A stretch of DNA of 64,000 bases from Candidatus Doudnabacteria bacterium (GTDB lineage Bacteria; Patescibacteriota; Doudnabacteria; UBA920; 2-01-FULL-46-14). Position numbers and translations under genes: made by a program. Shown here one piece after another: positions 43,733-51,662 of the stretch (positions are counted from its first letter, which is position 1; each line of letters starts with the position of its first letter). The stretch covers positions 1,770-65,769 of the forward strand of contig JBGQGB010000004.1 of the NCBI GenBank assembly GCA_041497195.1, written 5' to 3'. Below the pieces are notes generated by a model, which did no database searches, was not told the DNA's origin, and was given only the letters and a program-made list of their open reading frames with translations.

Positions 43733-45219
43733 ATAAGCAGTGGGCCTTCGCCAGCCTTTCGGAACTCCAGGAAGGACTGAAGCAAAAAAAGTTTTCGTCA
43801 GTCGAGCTGACCAAGTATTTTCTTGCCCGGATCAAGCAATACGACTCGCTGCTGAAGGCTTTTCTGACCATCACGGAGAAAGAGGCGCTTGCGCAGGCGC
43901 AAGAAGCAGATCAGACAATCGCTCGAGGACAAGCCGAGCCCTTGACCGGCATTCCATACGCGGCCAAGGATTTGTTCAGCACCAGAGGAGTGAGGACCAC
44001 GGCTGCTTCCAAGATTTTGGACAAGTTTGTGCCGGTTTTCGACGCGACCGTGATTCGAAAACTCAAGGAGCAGAAGGCTGTCATTTTGGGCAAAACTAAT
44101 TTGGATCAATTCGCCCATGGGTCCTCTACCGAAACATCCTACTACGGGCCTAGCCATAATCCTTGGGATATGTCTCGCATTCCGGGAGGATCCTCGGGCG
44201 GCAGTGCTGCTGCAGTCGCGGCCGGTCTGGTCCCTTTTGCTTTGGCCACTGAAACAGGAGGATCCATCAGACAGCCGGCGAGTCTTTGTGGGATTTCTGG
44301 CTGGAAGCCGACCTATGGCCGCGTGTCCCGGTTCGGCGTGATTGCCATGACGTCTTCGACAGATAGCATCGGCACCGTGGCCTGGAGTGTTGCAGACCTC
44401 GCTCTCACTGCCGAAGTTTTGGCAGGATACGACCCGAAGGATTCGACCACTTCCAAAGTTGAGGTACCGCCATGGACTAATCTCATGAAGCAGGGGGTAA
44501 AGGGCCTGAAAGTCGGCGTGCCTCAGGAATATTTTGTGGCTGGCATGGAAAAGGGCGTCAGGAAACGGGTGGGGGAGGCGATTGATGAAATTCGGCGTTT
44601 GGGTGCCCAAATTAGTGAAGTGTCCTTGCCTTCTACTCCTTATGGCTCCATGGTCTACGCCATTGTCACTCCCTCCGAGGTCAGCTCCAATCTGTCTCGG
44701 TATGACGGGATTCGCTACGGGCACGTCACGACCGAGGCCCGAGAACTTTTTGAAATTTACAGCAAGACCCGCCGCGAAGGGTTTGGCGACGAAGCCAAAC
44801 GTCGCATCATGACTGGCACCTACGCTCTCTCAGCCGGCTACCGCGATGCTTATTACCTCAAAGCCCAGCGAGTGAGAAGGCTTTTGGTCAATGAGTTCAA
44901 TGAGGTTTTCAAAAAAGTTGACGTGCTGCTTTGTCCAGCGACCCCGAACGTGGCACCGAAAATCGGCGGAGCGGCGGATAACCCTCTGTTCGGCTATATT
45001 GCAGACCAGTTGAACATTCCGGGAGCGTTGGCCGGCCTGGCGGCTCTCTCTGTGCCGTGCGGTTTTGCTAAACCTGAGGACAAAGCTGATGTGGAGTTGC
45101 CAGTGGGATTGCAGATTATCGGGCCGCAATGGGGTGAGGACAAGATCTTTCGAGTCGGGTATGCCTATCAGCAGGTCACTGAGTTTCATAAAATGCATCC
45201 GAAAGAGTTTGCCAATTAA
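43729..45219 (+). CDS. gatA: Asp-tRNA(Asn)/Glu-tRNA(Gln) amidotransferase subunit A
   Basis: Amidase signature GGSSGGSAAAVAAGLVPFALATETGGSIRQPAS. 496 aa. Confidence 0.9.
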   Translation: MNKQWAFASLSELQEGLKQKKFSSVELTKYFLARIKQYDSLLKAFLTITEKEALAQAQEADQTIARGQAEPLTGIPYAAKDLFSTRGVRTTAASKILDKFVPVFDATVIRKLKEQKAVILGKTNLDQFAHGSSTETSYYGPSHNPWDMSRIPGGSSGGSAAAVAAGLVPFALATETGGSIRQPASLCGISGWKPTYGRVSRFGVIAMTSSTDSIGTVAWSVADLALTAEVLAGYDPKDSTTSKVEVPPWTNLMKQGVKGLKVGVPQEYFVAGMEKGVRKRVGEAIDEIRRLGAQISEVSLPSTPYGSMVYAIVTPSEVSSNLSRYDGIRYGHVTTEARELFEIYSKTRREGFGDEAKRRIMTGTYALSAGYRDAYYLKAQRVRRLLVNEFNEVFKKVDVLLCPATPNVAPKIGGAADNPLFGYIADQLNIPGALAGLAALSVPCGFAKPEDKADVELPVGLQIIGPQWGEDKIFRVGYAYQQVTEFHKMHPKEFAN

Positions 45220-45321
45220 TGTTTTAATTTCTCAATTCTCATTGAATTTTAAATCATCATTTTTTGAAGATTAAAGTTTGACAATTGTTTGGAAATTTAA
45301 GAAAATGAAAATTATAAATTT

Positions 45322-46824
45322 GTGAAGACTTACGAAACAATCATCGGTCTCGAGATTCACGTGCAGCTCAAGACTGCATCGAAGATGTTTTGCAGCTCAC
45401 CGAACAATCCCGATATTACGGAGCCAAACGTAAACATTTGTGAGGTCTGCACTGGCCAGCCTGGCAGTCTGCCAGTGGCGAACAAAGAGGCGGTTCGCAA
45501 AGCCATCCTGGTGGGGCTGGCTCTGGGTTGCCGCATCCCGGAACACTCGAAATTTGACCGGAAAAATTATTTCTATCCGGATTTGCCGAAAGGTTACCAG
45601 ATTTCCCAGTATGATCAGCCCCTCTGCGTGGGCGGAGAAGTAATCATCACAAGCGGAGGAGAGGCCCGGCCGATTCACATCACTCGAGCGCATTTGGAAG
45701 AAGACGCGGGGAAACTCATTCACGAGGGCGGAGCGACGCTGGTTGATTTGAACAGGGCGGGCGTGCCACTCCTCGAGATTGTCACTGAGCCGGATTTCCG
45801 CACTGCGCAAGAAGCAAAACTTTTTTTGCAGAACCTGCGCAACACCGTGCGTTACCTCGGCGTTTCCGACGCGGACATGGAGAAGGGGCATCTGCGCTGC
45901 GATGCCAATATTTCTCTGCGGCCAGCGAGTGAACAGAACCTGCCTGGTTATAAAGTTGAAATAAAAAATTTGAACTCATTCAAGGCCGTAGAGGCTGCTC
46001 TGGAATACGAACGAATTAGGCAAACCGAAGCTTTGACAGATGGTGGTAAGCTCGTGAATGAAACGCGGGGCTGGGAAGATGCCAAAGGCCTTACCCTCGC
46101 CCAGCGGACCAAGGAAGAAGCTCAGGATTATCGGTACTTCCCAGAGCCGGATTTGCCAGTAATGCGCTTTGAGCCTAAATATATCGAGGAGCTGCGCGCC
46201 ATGTTGCCGGAGCTGCCAGGGGCTAAGACGGTCCGTTTCAGAAACGAATATAAATTGCGGGATGCTGACATTGAAAATCTGATTAACTGGAAAGAATTGA
46301 GCGAATACTTTGAGGAGGTGATTAGCGAACTCAAAGATTTATCCAACCCTACAGTTGACGGCATGACATACAAGTTGGATTCATCCATGCTCTACCAACA
46401 GGCAGTAAATTGGTGCTCGCGGGATTTTACTGCACTGCTCAATGAGAGTGGTCTGAATCCTCAAGAATCTAACGTAAGTCCCGAAAATTTGGCGCAACTG
46501 ATTATTCTCATACAAACTGCCAAAATTTCGAGTTCTGCCGCTCGGGCTGTATTTAAGGAAATGTTTGAAAAAGGCGGCGAGCCGGAAAATATTGTGCATG
46601 ATTTAAACTTGGGCCAGGTCAGCGATAAAGCCCCAATCGTCAAAGCGGTTGATGAAGTCATTGCGGAAAATCCAAAAGCCGCTGAGGATTTCAAATCAGG
46701 CAAAAAACAGGCTGGTGGTTTTCTGGTCGGCAAAGTTATGGCCAAAATGCAGGGCAAAGCCAATCCGCAGATGGTCAATGAGATTCTGGAGGAGAAATTA
46801 AGAGCGGAGAAATCGTCTGATTAG
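45322..46824 (+). CDS. gatB: Asp-tRNA(Asn)/Glu-tRNA(Gln) amidotransferase subunit B
   Basis: GTG start. YETIIGLEIHVQL N-terminus. C-terminal GatB/YqeY domain (GFLVGKVMAKMQGKANPQMVNEIL). Confidence 0.9.
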   Translation: MKTYETIIGLEIHVQLKTASKMFCSSPNNPDITEPNVNICEVCTGQPGSLPVANKEAVRKAILVGLALGCRIPEHSKFDRKNYFYPDLPKGYQISQYDQPLCVGGEVIITSGGEARPIHITRAHLEEDAGKLIHEGGATLVDLNRAGVPLLEIVTEPDFRTAQEAKLFLQNLRNTVRYLGVSDADMEKGHLRCDANISLRPASEQNLPGYKVEIKNLNSFKAVEAALEYERIRQTEALTDGGKLVNETRGWEDAKGLTLAQRTKEEAQDYRYFPEPDLPVMRFEPKYIEELRAMLPELPGAKTVRFRNEYKLRDADIENLINWKELSEYFEEVISELKDLSNPTVDGMTYKLDSSMLYQQAVNWCSRDFTALLNESGLNPQESNVSPENLAQLIILIQTAKISSSAARAVFKEMFEKGGEPENIVHDLNLGQVSDKAPIVKAVDEVIAENPKAAEDFKSGKKQAGGFLVGKVMAKMQGKANPQMVNEILEEKLRAEKSSD

Positions 46825-47700
46825 TTTCTTAGCCTCAGCCGGGCGTTTTATCCACGTCACCGGCATTTTTTTGAACCAGGTCATTTGCCGCTTGGCGTAT
46901 CGCCAAGTGTTTTTGTTGATTTCGTTTTCCAGTTCTGCCAAAGGTAACCGGCCTTGTAGAAAATCGATTGATTCCCGGTAGCCAATCGCGTCGAAGGGCA
47001 CTCGCCGGAAGCCATATTTTTTCACTAGCTTTTTCGTTTCCGCGACCAGGCCCCGCCGGAGCATGAGCTTCGTGTGCTGGCGGATTCGCTGCTTCAATTC
47101 ATCGGCCGGGAGATTGAGGCCCACAAGCAGAGGCTCAACGAGTTTTGCGCCGCGCCTGCGCTGCTTTGTAAAAGGTTTTTTGCTGGCAATGGTTACTTCC
47201 AGAGCTCGAATGACGCGGCGAGGATTGCGTGGGTCGACGATATGGGCTGCTTCGGGATCAAGGGTCGTGAGTTTGCCGAAAAGATAGTGGAGCCCCCGGG
47301 TTTGCCAAAGCCGCTCCAATTTTTTGCGCAAATTGCGGTTTGGTTTGACTCGAGGGAATTCCAAATTGTCTGTCACTGCCCAGACGTAGAGGCCGGTCCC
47401 GCCGACCAAAAATGGCATTTTTCCGGCGCGAGTAATTTGGCTAATGGCTCGAAGGGCGTCTTTTTTGTATTGCCCGACCGTATATGGTTGATCGGGGTTT
47501 TTCAGATCAAAGAGAAAGTGCTTCGCGCTTTTTTGTTCGACGCGGTTAGGTTTGGCTGTTCCGATGTCCATGCCCCGATAGACTTGCCGCGAGTCAGCGG
47601 AAACGATCTCTCCGTTGAATTTTTTCGCCAGCGCGATGGCGAGAGCGGTTTTGCCCGAAGCGGTCGGGCCAACTATGCAGATGAGTTTCGGCAGGTTCAT
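46798..47700 (-). CDS. miaA: tRNA dimethylallyltransferase MiaA
   Basis: P-loop ICIVGPTASGKTALAIALA, SADSRQVYRGMDIGTAKP. 300 aa. Confidence 0.9.
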   Translation of the reverse strand: MNLPKLICIVGPTASGKTALAIALAKKFNGEIVSADSRQVYRGMDIGTAKPNRVEQKSAKHFLFDLKNPDQPYTVGQYKKDALRAISQITRAGKMPFLVGGTGLYVWAVTDNLEFPRVKPNRNLRKKLERLWQTRGLHYLFGKLTTLDPEAAHIVDPRNPRRVIRALEVTIASKKPFTKQRRRGAKLVEPLLVGLNLPADELKQRIRQHTKLMLRRGLVAETKKLVKKYGFRRVPFDAIGYRESIDFLQGRLPLAELENEINKNTWRYAKRQMTWFKKMPVTWIKRPAEAKKLIRRFLRS

Positions 47701-47840
47701 TTTTTGGTTTTTTTGTGGATGTGCAAAATTGGCCGCATCGAGCTCTTTTTCAGGCTCTTGCCGTGCTGGCGCATCCGCGGTCGCTTTTTTTGTTCCCGCC
47801 GTGTGGCTCGTCGGTCTTCTAAATTTTCGTAATCACTGCT

Positions 47841-48605
47841 ATGATGCATAATATGAAAAAAATTCTATCTACAGTTTTCATTATACTGACTTTACCTTTT
47901 TTAGTCTCGGCCCGGGTAACCCCTCCGGATCTGCATGCAGCTCCGGGCGCGCTGCCTGGCCAGAGCGGCTACTTTTTTCAAAACATCCGCGAATGGTTGG
48001 AAATCAACTTTTTTGCGGTCAGCACCACAGCCAAACAGGAAAAAATGCTGGAGCTATCTAGCCGCCGCCTGGCTGAAATTTCGAAAATTGCCAGTTTACC
48101 GAGCGTCAATGTCGAAGTCTTGAATATTGCTACCAGTCACTATGGGGATTTGCTTGGGCAAGCAGAAGACGTGGCCGAGAAGCTTGTCATTTTGGACGGT
48201 GCACAATTGCCGGTTGCCGAGAAGCTCGAGCAAATCTCGCGTATGCACGAGCAGATTTTGTTGGGACTCCTCCAATCCAGCGACAAAAGCGATTACCGGC
48301 AGCTTTTGGAGGCCTTGAATTCGGCGCGAATCAACAATGAATTGATTTTCAAGTTTATGGTCAAAAATTATCAGTACAACCAAACTGACATTGCCAAATA
48401 CGGCAACATGGTCACCGAGCAGATTAAATTTTTACGAGAATTCGCCCCAACGCTCCCTACGCCTTTACCCTTGAACAAGCAGACAGAGTTGGCCAAGGCT
48501 TACGTGGAATTGGGCAAAGCCGAAGCGGCTGGCCTGAATCCAAACTCGTATGACCAGTTGAAAGTAGCGACTGACACGGTTGTCAATCAAATGCTGCCAC
48601 GGTAG
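47841..48605 (+). CDS. hypothetical secreted helical protein
   Basis: Signal peptide (MKKILSTVFIILTLPFLVSA), 254 aa. No motif recognised. Confidence 0.4.
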   Translation: MMHNMKKILSTVFIILTLPFLVSARVTPPDLHAAPGALPGQSGYFFQNIREWLEINFFAVSTTAKQEKMLELSSRRLAEISKIASLPSVNVEVLNIATSHYGDLLGQAEDVAEKLVILDGAQLPVAEKLEQISRMHEQILLGLLQSSDKSDYRQLLEALNSARINNELIFKFMVKNYQYNQTDIAKYGNMVTEQIKFLREFAPTLPTPLPLNKQTELAKAYVELGKAEAAGLNPNSYDQLKVATDTVVNQMLPR

Positions 48606-48609
48606 CGGG

Positions 48610-50397
48610 TTACAGAGATTTGGTTTTTATTTTTTCTCGAATTTTGTGGACAAAGTCTTCCAGTTTCATCGAGCCCAGATCTTTTTCCCCGTGCTGCCGT
48701 ACAGAGACGGTTTTTTCACCCATTTCTCTTTTCCCGACAATGAGCATATACGGGATTTTTTGCATTTCCGCTTCGCGGATTTTTTTGCCGATTGATTCGT
48801 TGCGCTCATCAAATATCGAGCGGATATCGGCATCGTTTAAAGTTTCCAGTATCTCTTTTCCATATTTTTCGGTTTCCTCGGAAATCGACAGGATGGCCAC
48901 TTGCACGGGTGCAAGCCAGACTGGGAGGGCTCCGGCGAAATGTTCTATCAAAATCGCAATAAAACGCTCGAGTGAGCCCAAAACCGCAATGTGCAAAATC
49001 GCAGGACGTTTTGGTTTCGCGTCTTTATCAGTGTAGACTAGATCGAAATTTTCAGGCTGATTGAAATCGAGTTGAATCGTCGTGAGCTGCCATTCTCTCC
49101 CAATCGCGTCTTTGATCATAAAGTCAATTTTTGGTCCGTAAAAAGCAGCTTCTCCTTCTTTTACAATGAAGGAAATTCCTTTTTCTTTTACTGATTGTAC
49201 GAGCTGCCTTTCTGCTTTGTTCCAAACAGCGTCGTCCCCCAAGTATTGTTTGAGGTTTTTGGGATCTCTCACCGAAATTTGAGCTTTATAGCTTTTCAAG
49301 CCAAAGTCTCTGTAGATCGTTTGGGTCAGCTCAATAGCGCGGTCAATTTCTGCCGGGAGCTGTTCGTGAGGCACGAACCAATGACTATCATCTTGAGTGA
49401 TGGCGCGAACCCGGAAGAGCCCGTTGATTACGCCGCTTTTTTCGTAACGATATACCGTGGCGTTTTCGGCTAAGCGCAAAGGGAGGTCGCGGTAGCTGCG
49501 GGGCTTGGCCAGGTATATCTGAAAGTGATGCGGGCAATTCATGGGCTTGAGAGTATATTTTTCTCCTTCGAGTTCCAAAGGCGGCATCATGGCATCGTAT
49601 TTTTGCCAATGTTTGCTTTGGATATAGAGTTGACTCCTAGCGATATGTGGGGACCAGACGAAAATTAGACCAAAACGTTTTTTTATATTGAATAAGTAAT
49701 CTTCGATGGTTTTTCGCAAGGTAAACCCTCGTGGCATTAGAAGTGGCAGGCCCGGCCCGACCGTCGGCGAGAAGGTAAACAATTCTAATTCCCGACCGAG
49801 AATTTTGTGATCCCTTTTTTTGGCCTCCCGCATCATTGTTAGATAGTTTTCCAGTTCGGTCTTATCCATAAAAGCCGCTACGTAGATCCGGGTGAGCATC
49901 GGGTTTTTTTGATCCCCGCGCCAGTACGCACCCGCCGTATGGGTGAGCTTGAAAGCATCACTCGGGATTTCGCCGATATTCTCGAGGTGGCCGCCTTTGC
50001 ACAGGTCGGCGAATTCACCGATGCGGTAAAAAGTCACTTTCTCTTCGGCCACTCCTTTGATTTTTTGCCGTTCCCCTTTGGCGATTTCTGCGATGAGGTC
50101 AGTCTTGTATGTTTGCCCCTCCTTTTTTGTCAGTTTCAAGGCGTCTTTGATTGGCAAAGTTTCCTGCGCCATGGTCAGGTTTTGTTTGATGAGTCGGCGC
50201 ATTTCTTTTTCGATTTTGGGAAAGTCGGCATCGGAAATGGGGACGGGAAAATCAAAGTCGTAATAAAAGCCAGTATCAATCACTGGCCCGATGCCGAGCT
50301 TGACCTTGTCGCCGTACAGGTTTTTGACCGCGTAGGCGAGGACGTGCGCGGCCGTATGGCGCATGTTATGCAACCAATTTTCATCATGTTTGGGCAT
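48610..50397 (-). CDS. thrS: threonyl-tRNA synthetase (N-terminal TGS domain absent)
   Basis: Begins in the N2/editing region (HTAAHVLAYAVKNLY), followed by class II motifs and a C-terminal anticodon-binding domain. 595 aa. Confidence 0.9.
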   Translation of the reverse strand: MPKHDENWLHNMRHTAAHVLAYAVKNLYGDKVKLGIGPVIDTGFYYDFDFPVPISDADFPKIEKEMRRLIKQNLTMAQETLPIKDALKLTKKEGQTYKTDLIAEIAKGERQKIKGVAEEKVTFYRIGEFADLCKGGHLENIGEIPSDAFKLTHTAGAYWRGDQKNPMLTRIYVAAFMDKTELENYLTMMREAKKRDHKILGRELELFTFSPTVGPGLPLLMPRGFTLRKTIEDYLFNIKKRFGLIFVWSPHIARSQLYIQSKHWQKYDAMMPPLELEGEKYTLKPMNCPHHFQIYLAKPRSYRDLPLRLAENATVYRYEKSGVINGLFRVRAITQDDSHWFVPHEQLPAEIDRAIELTQTIYRDFGLKSYKAQISVRDPKNLKQYLGDDAVWNKAERQLVQSVKEKGISFIVKEGEAAFYGPKIDFMIKDAIGREWQLTTIQLDFNQPENFDLVYTDKDAKPKRPAILHIAVLGSLERFIAILIEHFAGALPVWLAPVQVAILSISEETEKYGKEILETLNDADIRSIFDERNESIGKKIREAEMQKIPYMLIVGKREMGEKTVSVRQHGEKDLGSMKLEDFVHKIREKIKTKSL

Positions 50398-50400
50398 ACA

Positions 50401-50640
50401 AATATCCTTTTAATAAACAAAAAACCCAGCACAACATATTCGTTGTCTGGGATCCACCTTTGCGCAAGGCTTTGGCGGACGGTTCCACCCAGGTTCCCCC
50501 CGCCTATGAACGGGGGACTCTTAATCGATTTGCCAGAAGCTTTGAGGTTGGTGAGGTCTCATCTTGCCCCGCCGCAGCAGGACGAACGCTTTTGGTATTT
50601 GCAGTTTAAGTCGAGCCTCGGGATTTGTCAAAAAAAATAA
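50401..50640 (-). promoter_or_regulatory. probable T-box riboswitch leader of thrS (promoter, specifier region, T-box/antiterminator, terminator)
   Basis: On the minus strand: TTGACA-17-TAAACT promoter. Possible specifier context UCACCAA (ACC=Thr). T-box-like AACCUGGGUGGAACCG (cf. AAUUAGGGUGGNACCGCG). Terminator CCCAGACAAC-gaatat-GUUGUGCUGGG-UUUUUUG that competes with a CUGGG...CCCAG antiterminator. Ends 20 nt before the thrS ATG. Confidence 0.55.
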
Positions 50641-50666
50641 CCAGGGCCGCTTGGGGGCGACCCTGG
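50626..50666 (-). terminator. rho-independent terminator of the cdd-like gene
   Basis: Minus strand: GCCAGGGTCGCCCCCAAGCGGCCCTGG followed by TTATTTTTTTTG. Confidence 0.6.
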
Positions 50667-50690
50667 CAGGAAAAGCAAAACCCGCAGGCT

Positions 50691-51224
50691 TCAGAATCTC
50701 GCATGTTCCCTGCTGGCCCGTTCTCTGACCATCTGAATCGGCGGACCTGAGCGAACTCGTCGGGCATAAGGAAGCGTGTAAAGTGCTGTGACGGGCAGTT
50801 TGGCCAGACCCTCGCTATTCCAGTCAGTCTCCCGCGGCACGATCACTTTCACATCGGGAGCAAACTGCCAGAGGCGTTCCAGACACATCGCGCAAGGCGC
50901 AACCACGCGCCATCCTTGGGTATGACCGTGGTGGATGGCAATGATTGTTTCCAAGCCGTCGCCGGCCTCCTCAGCTTTGGCCAGCACCATAGCCTCTGCG
51001 CACACGGATGCTTGCCCAATTTTGCAGTCAGTTTGCAGGGCTGTGTAAGTTTCCTGTCGCCAGCCCCGGGCTGCGGCTGCGAGATGGTGAAAGTCTTGTT
51101 GGTAGCTTCCCTCAATGGCTTTGCGCGCGGCGTCACGCAGTGCCCAGTCCCTTTCCTCGATCGGGTAGAGGTTTCCTACTCTTGTAAGAAAGTCTTCGAC
51201 TAACGCAACGATCAATTCAGGCAT
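50691..51224 (-). CDS. cdd: cytidine/deoxycytidine deaminase family protein (CDA fold) with N-terminal extension
   Basis: Zinc-ligand motifs CAE (VCAEAMVLAKAEEAG) and PCAMC (PCxxC), plus the C-terminal LPVTALYTLPY typical of tetrameric cytidine deaminases. 177 aa. Confidence 0.55.
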   Translation of the reverse strand: MPELIVALVEDFLTRVGNLYPIEERDWALRDAARKAIEGSYQQDFHHLAAAARGWRQETYTALQTDCKIGQASVCAEAMVLAKAEEAGDGLETIIAIHHGHTQGWRVVAPCAMCLERLWQFAPDVKVIVPRETDWNSEGLAKLPVTALYTLPYARRVRSGPPIQMVRERASREHARF

Positions 51225-51304
51225 TGAGAATCCTCCTTTTGAATATTGCGAACCCTATATCATAGTTGAGGATAAATGGTCTCGTCAAGCTGTCGGGCAT
51301 GTTT

Positions 51305-51347
51305 CGAACAAAACAAAAAGGGCTGGGCAGTTGCAGGCGCCCAGCCC
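51305..51347 (-). terminator. rho-independent terminator (minus strand)
   Basis: Minus strand: GGGCTGGGCGCCTGCAACTGCCCAGCCC followed by TTTTTGTTTTGTT. Ends the small transcription unit between dnaE and cdd. Confidence 0.55.
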
Positions 51348-51403
51348 TTCCACTTTCAAAAAATTACTTAACGCTCAGGCGGACCTCGAATCCTCAAGGT
51401 TCG

Positions 51404-51520
51404 CTCCGGGCGTTCATCCACCCGAGTGCTCCGCGGCAGTCGAGCCGGCCCTGCTGGCGTTCATCAAATAGTAATCAAGGGCCCACTTCGACTTCGGAGG
51501 CGACTTCATGCTGCTTGTCG
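51404..51520 (-). CDS. 38-codon ORF with strong Shine-Dalgarno, inside an orphan promoter-terminator unit (small protein or leader peptide; unverified)
   Basis: AAGGAGG-6nt-ATG, then MKYPTSSMKSPPKSKWALDYYLMNASRAGSTAAEHSGG, then TGA. Not in the ORF track (<60 aa). Confidence 0.25.
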
Positions 51521-51598
51521 GGTACTTCATTTGGTTCCTCCTTCATCATCCCAATGCTTGATTTGGCCGAGTTTCAGCCAGCACAAGGATGATAAAGG

Positions 51599-51627
51599 AA
51601 TATAGCAAAAAAGGCCCTGCAGGTCAA
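51599..51627 (-). promoter_or_regulatory. sigma70-like promoter on minus strand (TTGACC-17nt-TATATT) immediately after dnaE
   Basis: Minus-strand TTGACC (plus 51622-51627) and TATATT (plus 51599-51604) with a 17-nt spacer. Confidence 0.4.
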
Positions 51628-51662
51628 GGGGTCTTTTGGAAAAGTCGACAAACAAGCTTAAT

